A stretch of 59,669 bases of DNA, filler included, from Platydemus manokwari (GCA_037951405.1; 6 parts of 6 records of this genome joined end to end with filler, not necessarily neighbours in it); one strand, 5' to 3'. Shown: positions 25,501 to 39,060, numbered from the whole stretch's first letter. Numbers and translations: made by a program. The notes: generated by a model not told the origin, from the letters alone.

Positions 25501-28500
25501 CTATCAATTTCGGTGACATTGGTTAATGAATCCATGTCAATACTGGATATCCGAGTCAAATCAATGATACTTGATTCTGATATATTAAAAGAATTCAAAA
25601 CAATCTTTAAATCTGTGGAATTATTATCACTGATCCAGTTATCTGAAATAGTGGTATTTATGTGAGTGCTTTTCAAATAATCTGGTGTCTCATCAAAATC
25701 AATAATATTGTTCATATCTGTGATGGGTGTATTTATTGATTTTGTTGAACATTTATTGAATAATGATATTGATTCATTCAATGGTTTAACCATATTATTA
25801 TCTTCGAGAACAGAAATACATGAAGATGGCAAATTCATACTTTCAATCGTTTGTGATTGGCATTGCAATGATGGCATTATCATTGATAAACATTCGTTAT
25901 TGGTAATATCTGAGATTCTCTCTCTATTTTTCAAATAATCTGGTGTCTCATCACAATCAATAATAAAGGCTTTATTAGGAATCGGTGTATATTTAGTTGA
26001 TTCATTCAAGACTCGTCCCATATTACTTGCTTCTATTTGTGATTGGCATTGCAATGATGACATAATCATTGATAAACATTCGTTATTGGTAATATCTGAG
26101 ATTCTCTCTCTACTTTTCAAATAATCTGGTGTCTCATCACAATCAATAATAATGGCTTTATTAGGAATCGGTGTATGTTTTGTTGATTCATTAAATGATA
26201 TTTGTTCAATGCTTGATGTTTGTGGATGGCAAATTGATTTATCATTTACTAAATGATCAATATGTAATGATCTATTATTTCCATCTATGTCAGAATGAAT
26301 TGAAGTTAATTGGTTGACATCATCTATAATATGAGCCTGAGATTGGGTCGATAATGAAACCGAAATGGGTTTCTGAGATGATTTATCGACTCTAATGTCA
26401 GAATCATGAAATAATATTGAATTATTATATTTTGTCTGATTATAGTTATTATCAAATGATTGATCAATGGATACTGATTGTTGAGCTGGTGAATTACAAT
26501 TAGCATTTTCAAATTTATCCTTCTCTAAAATGATTTCATTTCCAAATATCTGATGAATAGAGCTATCCAACACAGAATACTCTTTATCAACTCGATTCAA
26601 ATGAATGGATAAATTATTAAAAGACAATGATGATTGTGATTTGTTATGAAAATCTGATTGGTTGATTAAATTATCACTGACTATTTTGTCAGTAGAGATA
26701 TTACAAATAATATTTTCCTCATCAAATTCATTTCTTTGGATCGATTTTTCCGAAATTTCTTGATTTAATAAAGTATTTCGATGTGTGGAAATGTGTTTGG
26801 ATTCATTATTATCGATATTTGATTGATTATACAATGATGGGAGATCAATAGATTGATCGATTACATAAGTCATCCGTGATTTTATTGGATCGATACAAAT
26901 GATATTATTAGCTGATGTTTCAAAATGAGATTGTTTAATATCGATTGATGGTGGTGATGCTGAATCAATATTAGAATATTTTGACATATTATTGGATATT
27001 TGTGGCGATTCATGATTATTATTAATCTGATTGAGATCGCATTTAGATATTGAGATTGATTCATTGATAGAACTTTCTGTAAATCCAATATTTCGATTAG
27101 AATCATCCAAAATGTTCTCATTTGATGCTTTAGAATTTATTAATTCAAGTTTGGATGTACTATCATTAAAAGTTTGATTTCGTTTGATTACAAATGTCGT
27201 TCTTCTCTGCTCTTTAGTCTTATCAATGATTGGAGTTGGAATTTTTGTAATTCTAGATACCGAAGGTCGAGTTTTGAATGATGAAGAAAACGAAAGATTT
27301 ATATTCTTTTCAGATACCATTTCCTCTTCCGCTCTATCTGTTAATATTTGTTGTAATGATTGATTAGATTGAATATTTGTCTCGAAATCATCCCCCTTCT
27401 TAGATTGTTCTAATATTTCCACATTATTTCCAATTGAGTCAAAATTGGAATCAAAAGCTTTATCGCTTTCAATTACATATGTTCCCCTTCTTTGTTTTGA
27501 ACTTTTAATGAGTGAACATGGTATATTCGAAGATTTATTATTTTTATATAATAATGGTGATGTTCGAGACTTGAATGATAAAGAGAAATTGTCGATTTTT
27601 GAGTTTATATTTTGGCTTTTATTATCATTTTCCTGGCCCATCGTTACAAAAGACCCCACATTGCTTCCCTTGGTAAACTCTTTATTAAATGATGCAGGTA
27701 AATCGTCATTATATTTATCCCGCTGAATAGAAATTGATTCATTGAAGGACCAATCTATAATTGTAGGCTTCTCAACTTTATATGTTCGTCTTTTATTCGC
27801 TTGTTTAATAATTTTAGATAAATTGCTTGCGTTATCATTGATATTTTCATGAGTCAATAATGCTCCTAACTGATGATCATCCTTAATATCACATTCTCCT
27901 TCATCGTTATCACTTACACTAAAAGATTTCAAAATCAATTGACTACAATCAGCTTTTGCGATGGAAGAATGTCCTAAACCATACTGTGTGATACTTTTAT
28001 TGGAAGATACTTTTAAATTGTCATCCAATGGTTCAACAGCTGATGTACCAAGCAAAATTAGAGATTGATCTTCTGTCAATTCAATACATTTATCTAATTC
28101 TAATGCTTGCCTTGTCTTGATTGCATTATTATAGTGAATATGTCCAGATCCTGATGACTTTAACGATACATTGTCATCATTTATTATTATTGACTGGTTA
28201 TTATTCTGTTGAATACTTCCTTGCTTAGATTGCACCTCTATTTCATCGATTTGATCACTCTGGATTAATTTTTCATTGAAATCTTTTATATCTGACGTAT
28301 TATTGGAAACAATCATAGACAATTCTGACGAAAACTCATGCGATATATTTTCTTTATCATTAACCAAATCATCGAATGGACCATTTTTACTAATATCGTC
28401 AATTCCCCATATAGAAGTGCTGAGATTAAACTGTTTGCATTTATCAATGGTCGTGTTTAATGTTAATGAATTTAATGGTGTTATGGATTTATTATTAGAT

Positions 28501-30738
28501 TGATTTATTTGTGATAATCTATTGTGATCATCTGTTGCTAATGATATATTTTTAGAATCATTAACACCACTCATATCACCCAATGATAAATGATTAAAAT
28601 CGAGACCGATGCAAGGCTTTTTGATATCCCTGAAATTGAAATATCAATATATTCGGTTTGAATGATTGGTGTGGGAAATATAAAAATAAACACATCTAAT
28701 AATATTGATTGAAAATATGTTTAACAATATAAATAGACATTAAAAATAGACATTGTTGGATATCATTTATTATCGATTTTCATATATAATCACAATCCAA
28801 AATCATTTTATTATTATTCAGTGACCATATATAGCATATAAATCATGATAAATAATATTTATATTGATTCTAACCTGATAGGTGATTCCAAAGATTCATC
28901 ACTTAATTTCAGTGAACTGGGACCTAGAAAATGAGATTTAATTAAATATAACATCGAAAAATACATGATTGCATAGATTGAAATAGGAGAATATTAAATG
29001 ATGGACACGAATCCAGGGAAATCATAAAACAATGCTTAATCAATTATTAATGGAAAATACCCAATATTGTTTTGTTACCATTGTTGAATACAAATATGAC
29101 TTGCAGGTATTATTTTTAACAACCAGAGATATAGAAAAGACTATTTTATTTTGTAATTCATCATGTTTTATTAATAATAGCTGATAATATTTAACTATTA
29201 TGTCAATACCACCTGTATATTATCGTATAGAATTATAATGGGATTATAAATATTGATTCTATAAAATCTACTCAATAATTATCCCCATGGATTGTGGCAA
29301 TCTTTGAAATAGCTTTTAAATAACAACACTATGTGAGACTTGGTTAGATGGTTAATTAATTATGTTTATTATATGATTGTTTAACAAATAACCCTGTGGG
29401 AAATGGATCTCTCCGATTACATATAAATATAATTAGATAATAAACGCTTAAAATAACAACAATCATTACTATAAAACTATAATTTCTGTTAAAAAATTCA
29501 CAAATATTTACCTGATTTACCGTCGAAATCAATCGATTGTGAACTATTAATGCCAATCTTCGGAATAATAACAAACGATTTCCTAATCTAAAATCATAAA
29601 ACGTAAATTCATAACAAATAGAAATTGGCAATCAATAAACTTTAAACCCACCCCGAATTTTAATTCAAAGACCTCATTATCACCAACAAGGCTCGACACA
29701 TTTGTACACTGTTTAACACTCGAATTGGGGAAAAAACTACTGAAAATCAATAAATAATCAAGTAATTTCCCATTAAAAATATTATCCCACTGTGATGAAT
29801 CTGAGGAAATATTATAATGATCTACTAAAGGCAACTGTCTAACATTACAATATTATTAATAACACCAATAAAAATTTAATAAAACTTACTCTTTCAAATC
29901 AGATACATTGTGAGGTAAATTCTTCGATTTCTACAAAAGACTCTTAAATCATATTTAAAAATATAATTTTAGATTACTTTTTTATTGCGTTTCCTTTTAT
30001 TATTCGTTGGATTTTTTACCTTGAAAATTTAAATTTATCAAAAATTATTAATTAATTTCGCTTAACTATAAATCCGAATTTAATAAAATCATATCAAATT
30101 TATCACCTCTTTAATAATATCTGATTGATTGTGTTTTTCATTCATTGGAAAAATAATTCTACAACAATATATTTACGCAATCAATGCAATTTATTTCTTT
30201 TACATTTTAGCTTGATCTTCCTCGATAGTTCCTAAATGAACTTTATCTGGCTATAATTAGATTGAAATATTTAAAATTAGTATATATTATTTACTTTTGT
30301 TGTTTCTCGATTAGGTTTACTTCTTGTATTGTATTCATTTACAATACTTAAGCTAAAATTACAATTAGATGTTCTGATAAAGATATAAAATAAATCTACT
30401 CGAATCGTTTACTTTTACTAATATTATGTTTTTTCTCTAAAAATAATTGACAATTATAATATAAATTTAATTGAAAAACTTTATACGTTTCCTCCGATTG
30501 GATATGCTAACATTAGTTTTAGGCTTTCTTAAAATTATGATTTCATTTTTATCAAAAATCAAATATTTTTACTTTAAAGTTTCATTTACATTTAAACTCC
30601 TTTCATTCAAGTTCTGTGTTGATGCTAATAAGATTAAATAGTAAAGGTAAGAAAGTTAAATAACATACAAGAATTAGCCCAATCAATATTAGAGTCATTT
30701 CGCGCTTCTTCAATATTAATATAATTCTTTTTTTTCAT
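22554..30738 (-). CDS. Very large (>2000 aa) low-complexity S/N/I/D-rich protein, multi-exon, unknown function
   Basis: Giant exon 22979-28629 (TTTCAG acceptor, GTATAT donor) contains the 1878-aa ORF. A chain of small GT-AG exons can be spliced in frame from ATG 30738 (MKKKNYINIEEARNDSNIDWANS...) down to about 29510; exon 28875-28923 joins the giant exon in frame; acidic exons follow near 22660-22708 and 22554-22609. The junction between 29510 and 28923 and the true last exon are uncertain. Confidence 0.85.
23058..23363 (-). repeat. Coding tandem repeat, ~3 x 108-111 bp
   Basis: QKSSKKIESICSVDNSDINKNSELKSTKL unit starts at 23363, 23252 and 23144. Confidence 0.92.
25668..26192 (-). repeat. 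Coding tandem duplication, 186-bp period, two near-identical copies plus a diverged partial third
   Basis: NESTK(H/Y)TPIPNKA(I/F)IIDCDETPDYLK(S/N)RERISDITNNECLSMIM(S/P)SLQCQSQ starts at 26192 and 26006; the third copy keeps IIDFDETPDYLKS. Confidence 0.95.
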
Positions 30739-30794
30739 CCTTTGTTCAAAGTTAAAATTTTAAACAATGATTCTTTTTTAGAGTATATAAACAA

Positions 30795-30894
30795 NNNNNN
30801 NNNNNNNNNNNNNNNNNNNNNNNNNNNNNNNNNNNNNNTTAATTAATTAANNNNNNNNNNNNNNNNNNNNNNNNNNNNNNNNNNNNNNNNNNNN
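30795..30894. other. Artificial contig spacer
   Basis: 44N-TTAATTAATTAA-44N. Confidence 0.98.
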
Positions 30895-31479
30895 TTCTCA
30901 TATTTTAAAATTCGACTAATTAAATAAAACGCCAAGATTTAAAATAAGTTTTTGAATAACTTTAAATCAATAAAATCTTATTTGATTTAAAAATCTTGAT
31001 GAAAATATAAAAGGTGGTTGGGTTATCAATCCACAATTTATATCTGAAAAATGTATTAACAGAGATATTGCAATCAAAGTCTCAATATCAACTGTAAATC
31101 TTATCATAATTCATAAAGTAAATCACACAAGACGGGATCAGCGTCCATAAGTCAAAAACAGAATGAAAAGTAATAAAAATGACTGATCGCTAAACCATAC
31201 GAAGATAAGCTAAGCACTCAAGTTACCAACCAAAAAGTTTGACAGATATCCATAGAAATCAACTTCTTTTATAGTTCTATCGGGTGGATCTGCTAGATGT
31301 CACAGATCTTCGTTTTCCATTTGCTGAATAAGTTCGTGGATCGATTTACTTGAGATTTCCCTTCCATCTCTCGTGCCATTGGAAGATATTCGAGCTTCAT
31401 GCCGTTTGTAATTATGTGCCTATCTGTTCTTAGCTTCTAAATATGGATTAATATTATAACGAATCTGATTAGCACAGGT

Positions 31480-31904
31480 GATTGTCCAATTATTGCTAGG
31501 CGGAAAATATATGATCTCAAAGTTCTGATTATTGTTGTCAGCATGTAAAATCACTCACGGTTTTCGAAATTCTTCACAATGGTGAATCCATCAACGCTGA
31601 GAGATATCTACAATTCCTGCAGAATATGATTTTAAACTTTCAACAAAACTATCTGCTTGGGAAATGGTCATTCAGCATGACAATGCCAGACCGCACACAG
31701 GACAATTAATTCAACTTTGGCTTGAAGAATATTTCTCAACCAACACAAACCTCATGTATCACTTTATCTTTAGGAACTAAGAGTGTGAGCAACGATTTTC
31801 GCCAATTTTTGGAGTAAACATCGGAGGCCAAGTTCACGAGCGAGTTTCAAAAATTTACCGGTCACCTCCAGAGTGTCATTGAAACTAATGGAGACCACGT
31901 TTAG
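31480..31904 (+). mobile_element. Degenerate Tc1/mariner transposase fragment
   Basis: Frameshifted pieces FEILHNGESINAERYLQFL, VIQHDNARPHT (second catalytic Asp motif) and the mariner-like C-terminus HLQSVIETNGDHV*; the YSPDLAP.D segment is missing. Confidence 0.85.
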
Positions 31905-34900
31905 GCTCTGTTACCGTTTGCTAACACTTTTAATATAATTGCACATGCGATTTTCACAAATAAATGTTTTAAATTGTATATTTTTAGATTTTCATAAGAT
32001 TTCGTCGACTCAGAAAAACGAAATATAATCGGACGACTCTGTAAACAGGCAGAAAAGTAACAAATAATTCAGAAGTGGAATCTAGAGAACTTTGCTACCG
32101 ATAATTATTTTGGAAAAAATAAGTCGACCTATTCGAAATAATTTATCGGAGTTGGGAAAATATTTTTTAAAAGATCATAAGCTTGGAAGATATATTTCCT
32201 GATAATAAAAGTAGCTGGTAAAAGTACTATGCATATATTTTATTATTTAACCTTAACTCTTCGTGATACCACAGTTATCGATTGGCTAAACTGAGTTCAG
32301 TTGATTTAATTATTAAAATTTCAGTAAAACAGTGCTGATTTTGCGCTTGTCAATATTTAATGGAATTGTGCTATCATTTTTGATATGTTTATTTAAAAAG
32401 CTTTGAGCTTTGATGTTCAGTAAATAATATTAAATTTAAACTGGATTTGGGATTGATAGCAATTGTTATTCAGTGAGAGGTGATTATCTTCAGTGGTTAT
32501 TAAATTCTTTGTATTTATTTGTAGAGATAGTAGTTTATATTTGATTTAGCTAAATGGTAGGCAAAGATCAAAGCTCAACAATATAATTATATATAAACCT
32601 AAAATTAAGATGACTTCTATAATAATAATAGTGGTAATAGTAATGAAGACAATGATAAAGTTAAAAGCAATCAAACTGCACGACATCATTGTAATCCTAC
32701 ACAACAAGTTATTAGAAAGACATTAGAAAGTAATTTATCCATAGTCATATCTCTATTGTTATGTTTCTGTAGCTTTAATTAAATTTTAGAAAAATCAATT
32801 GAAGAAGCATCTAGAATTTTTTGTCGTTGTTTCTACAAAATTGTTTTGGCTTTCTCAATCCATATTTCAAGAAATTCTCATAACTTGTGAAATACATCAT
32901 GCTTGTGATACACATTATTTCTCATTATTGTTGTCAGATTTTCACAAATAAATTTGGCATTTTGCCTGACTCGTGAGCATAAAAAATCATCGATTTCATT
33001 AAAGAAGCAAAAATTATTTCATAAATACAGTGATTTACTTGCTTTAATAGACTTCTTATCATTACATCTCAGACAAGATATCTTTGTATAAAAAAGACAA
33101 AAGAAATTACATAGAGAATTTTTTGGATTTCTCGATAGTAAAATAGAAATGATAAAGAATGATAATTTCTTATCAGATATGGATTTGTAATTAAGAGAGA
33201 GATATAAAATAAATGAAGAGAAAGGAATTTCGAAACACTACAAAACGGCTTCAAGTGAGTTTAAAGAAATACTTAGTTAGAATATTCCATAAATTATTTT
33301 CTTTCTAAATCAATTAGCAAATTTCCATGGCATATCCAAAGTTGCTGTATTTTTCTCGATTGTCGAACAGTTGGTTTAACCAAATAATACTACATAGTGA
33401 CCAATTGATTTTCTACGTGAAGATAATTGTCACGACGAATTTTTTGAAATTTATATTGGGAATTACTGTATCTATCTCATAGTTAAGTCCTGTTAATTAA
33501 CTATTGTTCAAATATTTGTTACCGTCATTTTAAGTCTTATTCATTTTTAGCCTATTCCAATTCTCTAGCACTTTCAACCTGGCTTCTGTTGGATATTAGA
33601 GAACTACAATGTTAATTGATATATTTATCAACAACAAATTATCAATTCTACAATTAAATAAAAACAATTTGGCACAAAATTGAAAAACTCAAAGTCAGAG
33701 ATTATCACAAAGAAATGGGGTCAGTTTCTGGAAGATAAACACATGGAAACTTCCGACCAATAAGACTAGTAATTCTTGGCGAAGGCCATGTTTATAAATA
33801 ACCTATATTTCTGGGTGCTTTTGATGTATTGTGCATTTATTTTCATTTGTTATAACTGCCTAAATCTTACTTACGGATTTTAACTGGCAATTCATTTTCT
33901 TTCTTCGATATCATTGATCCATTGGAATGTTCTTTTATTATACTATGTCACAATTTCCAATTATCAATAAATAAATGTTCGTTCTGATTGGCTGCTAGCA
34001 CATTAGTGTGTGTGTATACCATTTGACGGGTTACATCGGAGTTTTAATCAAGATTGTCTGATATTTATTTATCCCATCGTTTCATTATTTGTCTTTATTT
34101 ATCTGTAATACCAATCAATAATATTTCGAAAATATTCCGTCATATATTTTCAAAATAAATAAAATAATTTTTACCATGAATTTCCAGCCATTCGAATGAT
34201 CGTTGTTTAAAATTAATACATTTTTTAAAATGTGTAAATATCAAAATTAATTGATTATTTAGTGATATTACCAAACCATAATTATTGATCAAATAACAAT
34301 TAAAGATAGAAAAAATTTCAAGTGAAAAATGGTTTCATGATTTGCTTCATTTACTAATTATAGGATATTTTTAAAATTAAAGGAAAAATTTAAAATTTTG
34401 GAAATTTTATTGATAATACAGATTTCACAAAAACCACAAATCTAGAATAGTGCATTCGTTGTATTCAATGTAAATTTAAATTTGTTTTATATAGATATTA
34501 ATTTTATTGATCACTGGCAACTCATTTGGTGAAGTGCACTTAAGACTTATATATGCTAGTTGGACTTAAATCATGTTACGTTTTTCATTAGATCATTGAC
34601 TGTTGATTTCCAAAAATGTATTGTTAGTAATGAATTAGTCTATCGGAGTGATTCCCAAAGTGGTTTATATCGACTCCAAGGGTCGATGAAGACCTGCAAG
34701 GGGTCTAAGTGGGTTAAAAAAATTCAGAGTGAGAGATCAATGGGAAGAATTTTTCAAAAATTTCAAAAACAGTATAATTGATATAATTTTAATTTTTAAA
34801 GAAATCATAAAAATTTAACCTTGTAGCATTATTAAGTCGGGATATTAGCTCGTTGTATTATATATATATGCATATGACGAATCGAACTGATGCTAAGCTT

Positions 34901-36587
34901 CTTTCTCGGCAATAGAACTAACATTATTTATGAGATCATTAGTTTTACAAAGTAAAATATTTAATAATAATATAAACTGGTAATTAGGCACATATAAATT
35001 GTATAAAATGTTTTTGTTTTGTTTTGCTTTTTCACATTAAAAGAGCTTCACTACAGTTGAAAATTAAATCTTTTATGGTGTATAGCAATGGGTCTACCCA
35101 AAACCATAAAACATGGCAAGAGATCTATGAGAGAAAAAAGTTTGAGAACCTCTTGTCTATCGTATCTTGTTTTGGTTGGAAAATTCATTAAAATATCGTT
35201 AAATTTCGTCATGGCAACTATTTCTTTAACGTACTGACTATCGCTACACTATAAAATATTAATAGCTTATCACGAATAGATTCTCAAACTCACAGATATC
35301 AAGCCAATTATACAATTCTCAACCGAAACCACAATCACTCATTGTTTTTTCAGCACTTCTTCTAATCAATGGTTTTGTGAGCAAAATTTAGAGTTATTAT
35401 TAAAAATTTATTCCAATGCAGTCTCTAAGCAAATTGATTGATTTGCAGATAATTTTCTGTTTGACAGTATTTATCGGTTGATCGATTAATTATTTCGCTG
35501 CTGTGTTGACAGTAACAGTATTGAGAACATTTACAAGCTTAAAGCAATATTGTTTGTCTCTCTTGTTAATAATTGAAGTATTTGTTTGCTAGACTTGATT
35601 GAAACTATTTCAAATAAAATGATACGACAATTAATTCACAATCCACAATACAAATACGATTAAAAGATTAAGATTGAGATCGTCTCTGATCAGTCGAATA
35701 ACAAAGTGGAAAATAGTGATCTGAAATCTCCGTTTGATGCCGCATTAGTTATTGGTTGTGCTGGTCGTACAGAAATCATTCAGAACAAGTAAATTTCAGG
35801 TTGAATTTCTTATCTATTATTCTACATTTTTGTGGACTCAATATCACCTGGTATAACCTCATAATTAATCATATCGATTTACTCCGAGAACCTATTATCA
35901 ATGCATCAAAGGCTCCAATTAAGCAAATTTCTCACAGACAGCTTATGAGAAAAAAAAACAGTGAAAATAATCTACTAATGAATGGAAAAATTTGCTAATA
36001 TCTCACAATCAAGATGCTTATTAAATATATATTACTCCGTGAATTCAATGATTTTTTTCGGGTTTATTAATAAATAATAAATAATAAAATAAATAAAATG
36101 TTAATTACAACACTTCTCATATCGATTTTTATTCATCAAAACAAAAACAGAACAAAATTCCACAAATGTTTTTCTTCTTTTTGAAAATCTGACGCCTAAA
36201 AATATTTTAGTAATTAATTTATATTTTCAAAATCTTCCGTTCGTGAAAATATCGATTAATTTAATTTTCACTTATTTGAAAATCGATCTAAAGAACGATT
36301 AAAAGAAATTCAATCTAAATAGACCAGTTTCAATTTTGCGAATTCGATAAAGATCAATAATATTCATCTCAATTCTATAATGCCAACGATCACAATTCTC
36401 AAACGATTCTGATTGGCTCAAATATATTTACAAGCTATTAAACTATCGATTTATCAATTTCCAATCATTTTACAAAGACAAAATCAAGCACCACTATCAT
36501 CATATCGTATTGCACAATTTATTGATAACTACGCTAAATTACGATGATTTATGAATTATCCAATAAACGTGCCCGTTCGTACAATTG

Positions 36588-37993
36588 CTAAAAATTACAT
36601 TGAAATTTTCGAATAATTGTCTTCACTCTCTCAACGATGACAATCGGTTTGAAATAAGTCAAATATTTCCCGACTTCCATTTTCGGTGATTTATTGACAT
36701 AGAATTCGTAATGAAGCCGTCGCCATTGACAAATGGATTTGAAATGGACATTTTTCTCATTGTAATACATGGGAAACAACTCAATCAATCCAGCTCCGTT
36801 CGGCAGAAACAGTGTGTGAGTCAATGCTGCACCATGCATGGCAATCAATATCGTTGTGTTGGTAATCAATTCCAATTGTTCCTTCATGGACAGCTGGTCG
36901 ATTTGTGTTTCCGATATGTCGATATTGAATCGAGATAGAAATCGATCGGTTTCGCTGGCTGATTTCAAGGCGGAAACCAGTTCCGGTTCGTTGGCGATTT
37001 TTCTGGAAATTTCCCCACTCGGATTTCGTGGATGAGAGAGATAATTCCGGCGCCAAATGAATAAAATCGATATCCGATCACAGGTTTTCGATCGCGATTG
37101 GGATGGATTGATGTTGTAAGTGGAGAGAAAAAATTCCCGAAATTCATCCAATAATGGCGCTGTAGGCCACGAGAGCTGCATCATTGGAGCGATATAGCCG
37201 AATGGAATCCAGACCAATTCTCCAATCAATATGTGATTGCCGATGGTGAAATTCGAAAAACGAGAAAGATTCGGAAACATATCGATCCATACGTTGTCGA
37301 GTGAGCTAGATGGATGCCCATCCGTCAGAACGACATGGATATCATCGACAGTCCAATGGAAAATGCGACAAATGAGATATGTGATGTAGAAATCGGTCAT
37401 TGTGTGATAGAAATTGGCGTATTCATTACGAGTGACAAATAAAACTTTCTTCTTAAAGACAAGTTCTGGTGAAATAAAATCAAGAAGACGGGGAGAATAA
37501 TAAGTGAGAGAAGCGTAATAATGATTGAAATGATTGATGTCACCCAATAAAAAACTGATATTTTCTTTATGGATATCGAAACATGGAATTGACAAGAAAC
37601 CGGGTTGATAATTTAGAAATTCTAACTGAAAATGAATGCAATCATGATATAATAAAAATAACAAAAAACCCAATCAACCTTCTCGCTCTGATTCAAAACC
37701 GTTTGCAGTAATTCACCTCCAGAAAGACCAGAAACTTTGGCTTTGTTAATAAATACATTTTTAAGAATGACGTACTTGTTTTTGTATTGATTAAAGTTGC
37801 CAAAGCATTTCGATTTAGTTATGTGAAATTCTTCAGAAATAAAATTGTCAAAACTGGCCGACCATGATTTGGAGTAAGTCAAATAGAAATCCTCTTTATC
37901 AGTTGGAGTCAAAAAATCATAGATAAATGATGATAGAAAAATGATAAGGAAAATTAATAAAATTCTCTTGAAAAATTTAATCTTAAATCTCAT
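36588..37993 (-). CDS. GT61-family type II membrane glycosyltransferase, plant beta-1,2-xylosyltransferase (XYLT)-like, ~450 aa; exons 37679-37993 and 36588-37625
   Basis: Short basic N-tail plus TM anchor; phase-0 53-bp GT-AG intron (37626-37678); motifs TRNEYANFYHTMTDFY, VVLTDGH, RRNYLSHPR, RKIANE, LSMKEQL, LIAMHGAALTH, IELFP. Confidence 0.9.
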
Positions 37994-38684
37994 AAGAAAT
38001 TAAATAGACTCGATAAAAATAAATTATCATAAAATAATTTTATTTCATTTATAAAACTCTATTATTTCATATATATACTTCAAATACTTTAAGTTATTGC
38101 AAATAAATTTAAATTAATAAAAGTATCGTTAAACAACTTTGATATCAATTAAAAATATAATAAAGTTTTTTTAATAACCTTTACATACATAATTTATATA
38201 TAATTCTTTAATCTGGCTATTTGAAATTAACTTTGTAATTAAATAACTACTTGCTAAATTTTATAAAATTAAATATTTTAAAATTCATTTAATAAAAATA
38301 CCATTACTTAAAATAATTCCATAGTGTTCATTATTTAGATTTTACTTCTAAAGTTTAATCCAAAACTTTGCAAAAACTACTTTGGGCTACTAAAAAATGT
38401 ATTAACAGTCAATAACAAAAATATATACTCATCACCTTTGGAATAAAAGAGCATAAGCATCATGTCAGTATAATCATCACTACCAATTATAATAATTTTC
38501 AATCAATATCAATTAATGAAATCATAAACATAAAACAAGAATTCATTTATAAATAAAGTTAATTTTAACAAACTTAAGACATTTCAAAGAAACATAAATC
38601 AACTTCAAACCTAAAAATCGCTTTAGTTGTAATTTACCTAAAGTTTTATCAATATGTTTCGATTGCTGAGCTCTAGCAATAAAT

Positions 38685-39060
38685 TCATTTATCAACAAAC
38701 TTCAATTGAGAACAAATAATTATAATTTCTAGCAGAACATTATTGACATTTTCACAACAAATAACAAGCTTTTCCACACTGAGAATCTTAGGAAAAATCA
38801 ATGGCGTAATAATAATAGTGAATACAAAGTAATAACTCACATTGTTGAATATGTCGGATCTTATTAAAAAATCATAATCGAGTACTTTGAAATGAAATAC
38901 CTGCAATGGTACGCACATTGTAAGATAATAGACACTATCAAATGGCTATTCACAAACCCTCCTTTAACATCGTTGACTGGATTGCGGTGTTCGATTGGTG
39001 CGTAGAGGCAGAAATCAACAAACATCGAAATACACCAATCACTTGAGAAATAGAAAAACA
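38685..39060 (-). pseudogene. Possible decayed membrane-protein (GPCR-like) gene
   Basis: Three overlapping short ORFs in different frames; SHLIVSI/YLTMCVPL resembles TM3-(E/D)RY..VC.PL, followed by a TM4-like YFVFTIIITPLIFP. Confidence 0.22.

Noticed and set aside
23086-28503. Small ORFs overlapping the giant exon on both strands
   Set aside because: Shadow frames of a long low-complexity exon, with no independent features.
32550-33260. Possible plus-strand spliced gene
   Set aside because: Candidate exons could not be joined without stops; evidence too weak.
36711-37147. Four ORFs overlapping the GT61 exon
   Set aside because: By-products of locally higher GC.
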